Below are positions 11,124 through 22,670 of a DNA stretch of 64,000 nucleotides, one piece after another. The stretch comes from Curvularia clavata (Eukaryota), in the NCBI GenBank assembly GCA_023920165.1, contig CP089275.1, forward strand, positions 2,356,001-2,420,000, in the 5' to 3' direction. The notes under the pieces are model-generated. The model did not search any database and was not told the origin of the DNA. It was given only the letters and a program-made list of their open reading frames with translations. Every line of letters starts with the position of its first letter. Positions within the stretch are counted from its first letter, which is position 1. Position numbers and translations under genes: made by a program.

Positions 11124-13810
11124 ATGGCAGCCCCTGCTTCCGACACCAGACCCTTGACAAGAAGCGAGGACGCGGCTCCACTCCCATCCTCTGCCGAGAC
11201 AAACATGCTTTGCCCTGATCCCTCAGCACATCATCATGCAAGCAACAGTGCGCTGCAGAACCAGGCCTCGGCCGCCGCCCTCTACTCAGCCAAAGCAAAC
11301 CAGTCGCCGGCCATCAACCCGCTTGGAGCCGACGGCAAGCTGTCTTCTGCAAGTGAGTACGCCATGCTGCTGCAATCCTCATCACTTCACGGCCTCATCA
11401 ATGTGTCCAGGCGCTGCCGCCAGTCTCAAATACGCAAAGGCTCAAGACCTCCCGAGCTATCCCGTCGTGGGCATTGACACAAAGTCCTCTGCTGGAGCTG
11501 CTGCTCTGCTAGCTAACCAGAACAAAAAGAGCCCAGAGTGGTGGAAGCCAGAACAGTCTTCCGCAGCTGGCAAGGCCGCCTTGCTCGCAAACGGCTACAA
11601 GATGGCCCCCTTGTGGCAGCCAGAAGCTAGTGCAGCAGGTTCAAAGGCCGCCATACTGGCTCACCGAGACGGGGGCAAGCTTAATCTATGGCAGCCCGAG
11701 GCTAGTGCTGAAGGTCACTCTGCAGCCCTGCTTGCTATGAAAAAGAAGGGGCTTAGCTCCAATGCTGATTCCGGATACGATGACCATGGCCGGTTGCATG
11801 CTTCAACTGCCGCGACCGATGCACACTCTGCCTCCCAACGACAACGGGCTCGATCCAACCCACCACCTCTGCCCTTGTACCCGGATGCCGAGAACTCAGC
11901 CAAGAACGCCTTGGGTGCGGCAACACTGGCCCACAGCGCCTCCACACGTGCCAGACCTCAAGCCAACACTGCCGTCCCCACTGACTCCAACCGCCTGCAG
12001 AACGGCGCCATGGAAGCTGCCCGGATTCAGCATGCAAAGAGTATATCACGCGATATGTACGGTAGTGCTCCACCTGTCGCCATAGAAGCAGATGAAAAGA
12101 AGCACAACGCTGCTCTTCGCGCTTCTGCCATCTCCATGGCAAAGAAAATCTATGATGTGCAACAACAACAACGCATGGAAGCCGAGTTTGCCCCATCAGT
12201 CGCCCGCACGGGAGCGACTGCAGCCCAAGGCCAGCAACTCGGCACCGCTGACAGTGATATCAAGCAACAGGCATTACGCTATATCGGCATCCAAGAAGCT
12301 GCTCAGAAACTAGCTCAAGAGAGGTTGGCAAAGATAGGATATGACGAAAACGCAGCGTATCGAAGCTATTATGGATATGATGAACCGACTCGCTCAAAAC
12401 TTTCCCTGCGCCGCGGACGCAACCGTGCACACAGTGCTTCAGAAGCTGCCCCTCCCGAGACCTCAGATTCCGACGAAGATGACTTCCGCTCGAGGCGTAT
12501 CCGATCACAGATGGAGCAACTCAACAAGCAACTAGCCGATGTGGATGCTAAGAAACGCGAGAATGATCGCAAGTTACTACTTGCTGCTGCACAGCGCAAG
12601 GTCCAGGCACAAATGCAGGGTATGGACAAGAAGATATATGACGAAACCGGCAGGATGTCGTCCTCAATGATAGATGACTGGGACGAAAAGGCACGACAAC
12701 GTGCAGTGGCTAACTCAGAAGCTCGCATGGAGAATCATGGTAGAATTCACATTGGCAACGGCAAGTGGATGGACCAAGGGGACATTGACGCCATTGCCCA
12801 GGCGAGGATCCAGCCTACGCTTGACGAAATTACCGAGAAGACTGCAAAACGCCTAGCTGAAGACGAAAAGCGCCGGGCTGAAGAGGAAGAACGTCGACTA
12901 GATATGGAGCACGAGAAGCGTCGTATCAAGATTGAGAAAGAACGTGCTGATGAGATCAAAGCGGAAGAGAAGCACATCAGAGGTATACTCGCTTCCTCGC
13001 ATCTTTCCCTAAGCTTGCTGACTATCGATAGATGAAGAGAAAAAAGCCGCCAAAGCACGGGCGGCTGAAGAGAAACTGGCAGCAAAACAAGAAAAAGAAG
13101 CAGAAAAGGCAAGGAAGGCAGAAGCGAAGCGACTAGCCAAAGAAGACCGTCGCAAGTCAAAGGAGATATCAGCTACTGAAGGAGCTCCGGCTTCACACGA
13201 CAATGCCGACTTATACCAGGAGCCGACACCTGATGCTCAGCCTGCCACCGAACATGACTCTGCTGATCCGACATCACCCACTCTGCAGGAATCTCCAAAG
13301 GGGCTCAAGTCGCTCTTGACCAAGTTGAAGCGCCACTCCAAGCATTCGCCTGCGAATGATATCAAAGATGATACCGCAGAGAAGGATACTGGATTTGTCG
13401 GCGGTGCAAATCTCCACAATTCCACCTCTGAGGCTCAATATTCCGAGAGCGCTGCCCAACCTAACCGAGATTCAATTGATAGCTACGTCTCTGCCGAGGC
13501 AATAGAACCAAGCGAATCCAACCATGCAGAACCATTGTATGTCCCACATGTTGGTTACGTCAACAAGGACCATCTTTCAGACGTCTCCTCCTTATCTGGT
13601 GATAAGAGTGAACTCAGCATAGCTAGGGGCAGGCCCACTGAGAGAGTGATCAGTGGAGAAACTGCGGCATCGGGACGCGAAAGTTTCGAGGAAGCGAGAG
13701 ATCATTTCGATGAGAACCTCGCCCCACCGCCAGCCTTTGTCTCTGAAACCGATGATACAAGAAAGGGAAATCCAAACCGAGAGTCGAAATTCCAAGAGGT
13801 AGGCCTGTAG
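11124..13810 (+). CDS. Eisosome assembly protein (Eisosome1/EIS1-like)
   Basis: Repeated Ala-rich W-x-PE-x-S-AA-G-x-AA-LLA units, a G-x-I-x-IG-x-GKWMDQ-x-DIDAIAQARIQPTLDEI motif and a charged coiled coil. Introns 11353-11410 and 12983-13031 keep the frame to TAG at 13810. Confidence 0.72.
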
Positions 13811-14574
13811 GCTTGTTGGTTGGTGTGTTTTTATTTGCTGGGCGTAATGTAGCCACGTTTGTACATCGGTTCTTATGTTCCTTGCCCCCTAGAACGGTGG
13901 ACAAACCTTTTGGGAAATCGTTAATCAATATGTATCATTTGGGTACAGTCCCTATGCGTAATATACAGGCTTTAATAATCACGATGCTATCTGTTTCACC
14001 CATGGACTAGAAGTGATTTGTAATTCTCTTACATAGTGATATAGCCAAAAGAGTGGTAGCTATGAGTTGACAAAACAACCACAATCGAGACTTGCTTTTT
14101 TCGGTAGCACCAGCGAGCACCAAACACAGATATGCGCACTGCAGTTTAGCACAATCTCCCAAAATCTGTTTCCTTTTCGACCTCTGAGTGCCATTGGTAG
14201 ACGGAATGTAAATGAATACAAACGAAAACGTATAAGCGCCCTTCACCTTCAGGTAGGATTATGAAATGACTTAATTGATAGGTGGGCCGCTGTGGCAGAC
14301 GTCACTGGCAGCGGTATCCTTGGACTTACCTGATTGGGTGCTTACCTCATCACGGGCAAGGGCGATCCAGCGTATGTGGAAACAACACGAGCTCCTTACT
14401 TGAAAAGCATCACCTACCCCAGCCTCCACCCCGCCTTAAACACCCGTCTCTCATTTCCTATTGCGCGATTTCGGAGTTGTGCATCTGGGTCTACTTCTTC
14501 TCCTTCTTTTTCCCGATACCCGATTCTTGCGCGCTCACTCGCTCCGGTGAGCTCGGAGCTGGACTGTCGCAAAC

Positions 14575-17500
14575 ATGGCCCAGCGACAGGTTCCATTGCA
14601 CGTCACACAGCCGACGCTGGTATGATGCCAATTGAAATCGTCTTTTGTGTCATGATTGAAGCTAACCATTGGCAGCTCACGAACCTGAACATCCTCGTAC
14701 GTTGGCTCAAGGCCCGGTTGACAGTGGTATAGGCAGCAACGCAGAATGCTAACAGTAACTACAGCCGGCGTCGATATCATGGCAAAACTGTGTATGCAGC
14801 TTCCCCCAAAACATTCCGGTGACAGATAAATACTAACATGGTGTCCAGACACTCGAGTCCGACAAGTATGTCTGTGTGCGCCAAGTCAATAACGAAGCCA
14901 ACGCTCCCGCCGAGACTGTCATCATCGACCTCAAGAACACGAATAACATCATTCGGAGACCAATTCGTGCTGATAGCGCCATCATGCACTTGACTGAGCC
15001 CATCATAGCTCTCAAGGCACAGGGCCGAACATTGCAGTTGTTCAACCTCGAGACCAAGGAGCGTTTGCAAACGTACAGCCACCAAGAAGATATCCAATTT
15101 TGGAGGTGGATCAGCCAGACAACTCTGGCGCTTGTCAGCACAAAAGCTGTGTACCACTGGGATGTCCTCGACTCGAAGAACGCTGTTGCGCCGCGTAAGA
15201 TCTTCGATCGACAAGAGCAGCTTGAGGTATGCAGACTTGCCTAGGCATTGCTCGTCGTGTCTAACTTGATGTATAGAACAACCAAATCATCAACTATGTT
15301 ACCAACGACGACGAAAGCTGGTCTTGCTTGGTTGGCATTACCTCCAACCCAGCCGGTGGCATCCGTGGCAACATGCAGCTCTTCTCAAAGGCAAGAAACG
15401 TGAGCCAGCCTCTTGAGGGCCACGCCGCCACCTTTGGAACCCTGCGCCTCGATGGTGCATCGAGCGACACCAAGATCTTTGCTTTTGCAGTCAAATCGTC
15501 CTCTGGGGAGGCCAAGATCAATATCGTTGAGGTTGACCACAATGCCGCGAACCCAGCCTTCCCAAAGCGCCTTATACCCATCCATTGGCCCGCAGAGGGT
15601 ACTGGCGACTTTCCGCTGGGCATTCACATCGCACACAAATACGGCATATTAATTGTAATCACGAAATTTGGTTTCATTCATCTCCACGACCTTGAGACTG
15701 GCACTGCGCTGTTCCTGAACAGGATATCCGAAGAAACAGTCTTCACCACCGCGCGTGATGACGAAGGCACTGGTGTGGTCGTCATCAACAAGCGAGGTCA
15801 GGTACTTCACACGACGATTCGCGAAGACACCCTCATTCCGTACATCATGGAGAACCCAGCATGCGCTGAGATTGCTTACAAGTTGGCGTCCAAGGGTGGG
15901 CTTCCAGGCGCAGACCAGCTCTACTCGCAGCGATTTGAGACGCTTATGTCTCAAGGAGACTATGCAGAGGCAGCCAAAGTCGCCGCCAACTCGCCCAGAG
16001 GTTTCCTTCGCACCATGAACACGATCAACAGGCTACGCCAAGTTCCCAGCCAGCCTGGTCAGATTACAACCCTTTTGCAATACTTTGGTCAACTCCTGGA
16101 TAAGGGTGGCTTGAACAAGGAGGAGACTCTCGAGCTAGCCCGGCCTGTGTTTGCGCAGGGCCGCAAACATCTCATTGAGAAGTGGCAGAAGGAGGGCAAG
16201 CTTCACTGCTCGGAAGAGCTTGGTGACCTTGCCAAACCACATGATCTGAACCTCGCTCTGCTCATCTACAAGGAAGCAAATGTGCCTCAGAAGGTTGTCG
16301 CAGCACTCGCAGAGCTCGGCCACTATGATCTCATTCTCCAATACTGCAGCGGTTCAGGATATACGCCAGACTACAACGTGCTACTTCAGCATGTGATGCG
16401 GACCAACCCTGACAAGGGCGCTGAATTTGCTTCTCAGCTAGCGAAAAATGAGGGTGGCCCGCTTATCAGCATCGACCGCGTTGTCGACATCTTTCAATCT
16501 CAAGGCATGGTCCAGCAGGCTACCGCGTTCCTTTTGGATGTCCTTTCCAATGACTTGCCTGAAGAAGGACATATGCAGACCAAGCTACTGGAAATGAACC
16601 TCCTCCATGCACCCCAGGTTGCGGATGCTATCTTAGGCAACGAAATGTTTCACCACTACGACAAGATGCGTATTGCTCAGCTTTGCGAGAACGCCGGCTT
16701 GCTCACTCGGGCACTGGAGCACAATGACGACCCAGCAGCTATCAAGCGCATCATTGTTCAGACCGACAAGCTCCCAGAAGAGTGGCTGATCAACTATTTC
16801 GGGCAGTTGACAGTAGAACTCTCGCTCGAGTGTTTGGACGCCATGCTTACAACAAACATCCGCCAAAATCTGCAAGCTGTCATTCGCATTGCCCAGAAAT
16901 ATTCTGACCTTTTGGGTGCCACTCGAATTATCGATCTCTTGGAGAAGCACCGCACCGCCGAGGGCCTGTATTTCTTCCTTGGCTCAATTGTCAACGTGAG
17001 CGAGGACCCTGATGTTCACTTCAAGTACATTGAGGCCGCAACCACCATGGGCCAGCTGAACGAGGTTGAGCGCATATGTCGTGAGAGCAGTAAGTATTCC
17101 CTGACAAACGCAACATCGCTTCCACGCAACATAACACTGACTTCGAATCTAGATTACTTGAACGGCGAAAAGGCCAAGAACTTCTTGAAGGAGGCAAACT
17201 TGACCGAACAGCTACCTCTCATCATTGTCTGCGACCGTTTCAACTTTGTGCATGACTTGGTGCTTCACCTTTACAAGAAGCAGCAGTTCAAGTCCATTGA
17301 AGTCTATGTTCAGCGTGTCAATCCTGCCCGTACCCCCGCAGTCATCGGGGGTCTCCTCGATGTGGACTGCGATGAAAGCATCATCAAAGGCTTGTTGGCC
17401 TCCGTCACACCTTCTTCCATTCCCATTGACGAGCTGGTCGCCGAAGTCGAGTCGCGCAATCGTCTGAAGCTACTTCTGCCATTTTTAGAACAGACTCTGG

Positions 17501-20395
17501 CAAGCGGCAACCAACAGCAGGCAGTATACAATGCCTTGGCCAAGATCTACATTGACAGCAATAACAACCCCGAGAAATTCTTGCAAGAGAACGACCAGTA
17601 CGATACTCTCGTTGTCGGAAAGTACTGCGAGAAGCGCGATCCTAACCTCGCGGCAATCTGTTATACCAAAGGTCAGAACGATCTTGAGCTGGTCAACATC
17701 ACCAACGAGAATGCCATGTACAAGGTTCAGGCCCGTTACTTACTTGAGAGGGCTGACTCCGAGATCTGGGATTACGTTTTAAGGTAAGCCCTCTGTTGCT
17801 TCATACCAAAAAAAAACATTTGAGTGTGGCTAACTTCATATCAGTCCCAATAACATGCATCGTCGATCACTTGTCGATCAAGTCATTTCATCAGCTGTTC
17901 CTTCCTCTACCGACCCAGACAAGGTTTCGGTTGCAGTCAAGGCTTTCATCACCGGTGACATGCCTGCTGAGCTGATTGAACTACTGGAGAAGATCATTCT
18001 CGAGCCTTCGACTTTCAGCGATAACCCCTCCCTGCAGAACTTGCTGATGCTCACCGCATGCAAGTCTGACCGTGGCAGGGTCATGAATTACATCGAGCAA
18101 CTTGACCAATACACGCCTGAAGACATTGCACAGCAGTGTATTGAGGTCGGCATGTTCGACGAGGCTTTTGAGATTTACAAGAAGCACGAGAGTCATGTCG
18201 AGGCCGCTAACGTTCTCATTGAACACATCGTCAGCATTGACAGAGCCCAAGAGTACGCCGACCGCGTAGACCTGCCTCAGGTGTGGAGCAGAGTCGCAAA
18301 GGCACAGCTGGACGGACTTCGTGTTTCAGACTCCATCGAGTCCTACATTCGTGCCGGGGATCCATCTAACTTTTTGGAAGTCATCGAAATCGCCACTCAT
18401 GCTGGCAAGGATGAGGACCTTATCAAGTTTCTGAGGATGGCTCGTAAGACGCTCCGCGAAGTCCCCATCGATACTGCTTTGGCTTTCTGCTTCGCCCGAA
18501 CAAACCAGCTACCTGAACTCGAGGACTTCCTCCGTGCCACGAACGTTGCGGATGCCGAAGCTTCTGGAGACAAGGCTTACGAGGAGGGATACCATGAGGC
18601 TGCCAAGATCTTCTACACCAGCATCTCCAACTGGGCTAAGCTTGCTACTACTCTGGTCCATCTTGAAGACTACCAGGGTGCTGTGGAGTGTGCCAGGAAG
18701 GCGAACTCGATCAAGACATGGAAGCAAGTCCACGAGGCCTGTGTCGCCAAGAAGGAATTCCGCCTCGCACAGTAAGGATCTCACTCACCGTATCACGCAA
18801 CAAGCTAACCACGATCATCAGAATTGCTGGTCTTTCCCTCGTTGTTCACGCAGAAGAATTGAATGATCTAGTAAAACAATACGAAAGAAGTGGTTTCTTT
18901 GACCAATTAATCGATTTGCTCCAGGCTAGTCTTGGACTTGGTAAGTACAACATCTTTTCCCTACCTTCCTTCACATTTCTATCGGCGGTATTATTATCGT
19001 CATCTTGCCTTTTACATTTTTCAGAGTTCTGTCAACACCCTGTATTTGCCACAGGCATGCTACCGAAGAAACTCTGTCAGCTGCTAATACGATTAATAGA
19101 GCGCGCACATATGGGAATCTTTACGTCACTGGGAGAGGCTCTTGCCAAATACAAGCCAGAACTTTTGATGGAACACCTCCGTCTCTTTTGGGTCAGTCTT
19201 CATGCAGTGTGGTTGCGAGATGCTCTGCTGATTTTCTAAAGGCTAGGATAAATATTCCCAAGCTCCTGAAGGCATGTGAAGAGGGACATTTCTGGAGTAA
19301 GTTTCTTTTTTCTTTTGAGCTCGAGCAAGGCTAACAACTCACAAGACGAGCTCGTTTTCCTCTACCAGGTCTATTCAGAGCCTGACAATGCCGCCCTTGC
19401 CATGATGGAGCGAGCAGCCGACGCTTGGGAGCACCAGGCATTCAAAGATACCATCATCAAGGCCACCAACTCTGAGATCTGCTATCGTGCTATCGGATTC
19501 TATTTGGAGGAGCATCCAACCCTCCTGACGGACCTCCTGCAAGCGCTTACTCCTCGCGTTGACGTCAATCGTGTGGTCCGGATGTTCGCCAAGTCTGACA
19601 ACATTCCTCTGATCAAGCCGTTCCTCCTCAATGTCCAGTCGCAAAACAAGCGTGAGGTGAACAACGCTCTTCACGATCTTCTGATTGAGGAGGAAGACTA
19701 CAAGACGCTTCGGGACTCAGTCAACAACTACGACAACTACGATCCAGTAGCTCTTGCACAGCGCCTCGAGAAGCACGACCTGGTGTTTTTCCGCCAAATT
19801 GCAGCCGACATATACCGCAAGAACAAACGATGGGAGAAGTCCATTGCGCTCTCCAAGCAGGACAAGCTTTTCAAGGATGCAATTGAGACCGCCGCTATGT
19901 CAGGCAAGCCGGACGTCGTTGAGGAACTCCTTCGCTACGTAAGTCGATCCGTGACATCGTTGAGAAATGACCCTGACTCCAAGTATAGTTTGTCGACATT
20001 GGCAGCCGTGAATGCTACGTTGGCATGCTCTACGCCTGCTACGACCTTCTCCGCCCAGACGTCATTCTTGAAATGTCATGGCGCAACGGTCTACATGACT
20101 TCACTATGGTATGTACCCGCCATCTGGGATCACGTTGCTCAAACTAACATTTGCTTAGCCGTACATGATCAACCTCATTGCTCAGCAGACAGCATCTCTT
20201 GAACAGCTGAAGAAGGACAATGAGGAGCGCAAGACCCGCGAAGCCTCGCAGCAGAAGAAGGAAGAGGACACGCCGATCCTGGGTTCACGTCTGATGCTCA
20301 CACAAGGTCCTATGGGCTCGGCTCCTTCCCCAGGTCCTTATGGTCAGGCGAACGGCATTACTCCGCAACCCACCGGAGGTTTCCGGCCTTTCTAG
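14575..20395 (+). CDS. CHC1: Clathrin heavy chain
   Basis: Motifs TLESDKYVCVR, RRPIRADSAIMH, LEGHAATF, LPLIIVCDRF, YCEKRDP, ERAHMG and LEKHDLVFFR. About 12 introns: 14620-14675, 14697-14764, 14792-14848, ~15227-15276, 17090-17152, ~17784-17844, 18772-18821, 18941-19099, 19192-19241, 19297-19345, ~19938-19988 and ~20109-20158. Confidence 0.97.
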
Positions 20396-21166
20396 TAATC
20401 TGTAGCGAAGGAGGCATGATTCTTTGCGTCCATAGTAAACATCGGCATGTATATTGAAGTTCAGCGAGTTATGCAAAAATTAGCAGTTGATGCAACTATC
20501 AAGGTAGCAGGCATGTACCTTAGTTGAACAAATCATATGTTCGCGCGCTAATCAAAATCTTGGATCTGTGACAAATACAAGAGTTTTAATCTACTTGAAA
20601 TACAGCCTAACGACAGTTGAACAGTAACCTACAGGTGTCAGTACTTGATATGGTACATAGACATTCAGTATTCATAGCGGTAATGCATTAGTAAAAATAA
20701 AAGGCATAGCCTTCAGCTTAGGAAACGCCTTTGGTTTCGTGATTACCCAGCTTAACAATGCCGCTTGGATAACATGCGTTGTTTTCTTGACATTGTAGTA
20801 GTTTTTGTGCAATGAAAGGGCGAACAAAATTGCTGTATGAAGACATTTCTTTGTATATTTCTTTGTCTGACCGCTGAATGTGTGTAACTATTTGCTGAAT
20901 CACATTACATACAATTGGAGCAAAAACGGCCCCAACACCTACATCAGCTGGTACTTGACATTCGATGTTCTCCTTATTTGTCGCCGCAGTCTTTTCAGAA
21001 TTGTCGGGGCACTGGTCCGGGGTGAGGATGTCTGTTCGAAATAGCAATCCGAGCACGGATATGCCGGAACTCTGGTGAAGTTAGTGATAGTTTGATTACA
21101 CAGGGCTACATATTTACCTCACGCTACCGATACTCTCGCTCCTCTGAGTGCCAGCATCTTGCTTTT

Positions 21167-22297
21167 CTATAGTTGCTCTTGTACCGAAGACTGGCTGTGG
21201 GAACTCATCAACCTCTGCTGAAACATCCCGCAAGGCTGTTGTGACTCGAGTAGCTGCATCCTTGGTTGAAGTTGCTGAACATTAGCCTCATTGGCCTCTT
21301 GTTTTACAATAGTATCTCCATAGGAGACAGCATCAGGTGTTGTCTTTGACTTTCCTGGCGCTGGCGTCATTCGAGGGAGACTATCAATGGTATGCGACGG
21401 CGCCGATCGAACTAACATCGTCCGATCACCGTTTTGAAGCATTTCCAGGGTATAGATCCAATGCTCGAATTCGTCCCGAGGCAATGCATTTATCATGGAT
21501 TGTATTTCAAGTCTCAGCTCCTTCCTCGACGCCTTAGGCCCCAGCTTTCGTCTGACAATCGGCAAAGCATGATATGCGAACAGATCAGCAGTGCGGGGGA
21601 AGGCGGTGCCGACTCCTTCAGCAAAATCAGTTGAATCAACGTTCCATGCCCAGGTTGATGAGACTTTTCTATCCTTGCATCTGTGTTGCACTGGATTGGG
21701 AGTCGATGCAACATCTTCCATCGGAGTCACCGGCTCATCCGTATCGATTCGATTGTCATCTCGGCTTGGCAATCGTGCGGGCTTCTGACCTTCCAGTCTT
21801 TCGCTTCTTTTTTTCTTTCGTGGTGGAGATTCCTCGGTAGCAGCGTTGTCCAAATCTCTTCTTGTGTCATTACTTGAATTATCTTGTGCCCTCAGTGCGG
21901 TTCGTACGACTGAGACAACCTGATCCGGTGTACCGAGATAGCTACCGAGCATCCCTATGAGGCGGTCTGCCATCTCAGACTTGAAAACCTCGGACATTCG
22001 CTGCATGCTGGCTGTGCTTGCATGCTCGTTCCGCATGTGCTCCTCGACTACATGCTGACCGAGCTGTTCAAGAATGCCATCTGGGAAGCAAATCCGGACA
22101 AGTCCTCGCACTGCGTCTCTAAAGACGTCATCACATAGATCAGTCGCTGACGATATAACCTTTATTCGGAAGGCCCAGTCTTCACTTGTTGGTAGCTGCT
22201 CGGACGGTGGATCCCTCTGGAAGATGTCAATATGCTGTGTTTGCCACAGAAGTACAGCAACAAGAGGGCTTACGCGTCTTTTGTTTGTGGTAGCCAT
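21167..22297 (-). CDS. Orphan putative nuclear protein with a degenerate HMG-box-like segment; 3' end uncertain (may extend to 20718)
   Basis: Open frame of more than 1.1 kb with ATG at 22297. A probable 57-nt in-frame intron follows MATTNKRR (GTAAGC...TTGAC...CAG). PPRKKKR NLS-like motif. Confidence 0.65.
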   Translation of the reverse strand: MATTNKRRVSPLVAVLLWQTQHIDIFQRDPPSEQLPTSEDWAFRIKVISSATDLCDDVFRDAVRGLVRICFPDGILEQLGQHVVEEHMRNEHASTASMQRMSEVFKSEMADRLIGMLGSYLGTPDQVVSVVRTALRAQDNSSNDTRRDLDNAATEESPPRKKKRSERLEGQKPARLPSRDDNRIDTDEPVTPMEDVASTPNPVQHRCKDRKVSSTWAWNVDSTDFAEGVGTAFPRTADLFAYHALPIVRRKLGPKASRKELRLEIQSMINALPRDEFEHWIYTLEMLQNGDRTMLVRSAPSHTIDSLPRMTPAPGKSKTTPDAVSYGDTIVKQEANEANVQQLQPRMQLLESQQPCGMFQQRLMSSHSQSSVQEQL

Positions 22298-22446
22298 ATT
22301 TTCACTTTTTCTGAGGGCGACAAGCAGACTGCGGGTAAAGGTAGGTGTGAGAGCACTCAGATAGCACAAATCTGATGCATTAGGCTCTAGCTCCAAGCAG
22401 ACGTAGCCTAGTCAAGGACTGCACCACTTTGCTGGTTGTATTAGTG

Positions 22447-22571
22447 TAGGGAAAAGTAGCTAAAGGTAGGTAAAGGTAGGCCGAGTTGATTGGAGGTAGA
22501 TGAAGGTAAATGAAGGCGGGTAAAAGTAGGTGAAGATAGGTGAAGGTAATGGTCAGTGCGTGAGCAAACGG
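22447..22571. repeat. Degenerate purine-rich repeat array (TAAAGGTAGG / TGAAGGTA units) upstream of the orphan gene
   Basis: TAAAGGTAGG twice in tandem at 22461-22480; TGAAG(G) recurs at 22501, 22511, 22531 and 22541. Confidence 0.75.
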
Positions 22572-22670
22572 CAGGCACATGTAAACATCACAACACCGGC
22601 ACCTTCATGTCCACAAAAATAATGCAACATGTTTTGCTTCTTATTCTCTACCAGATTCCAAAATCGTTGA

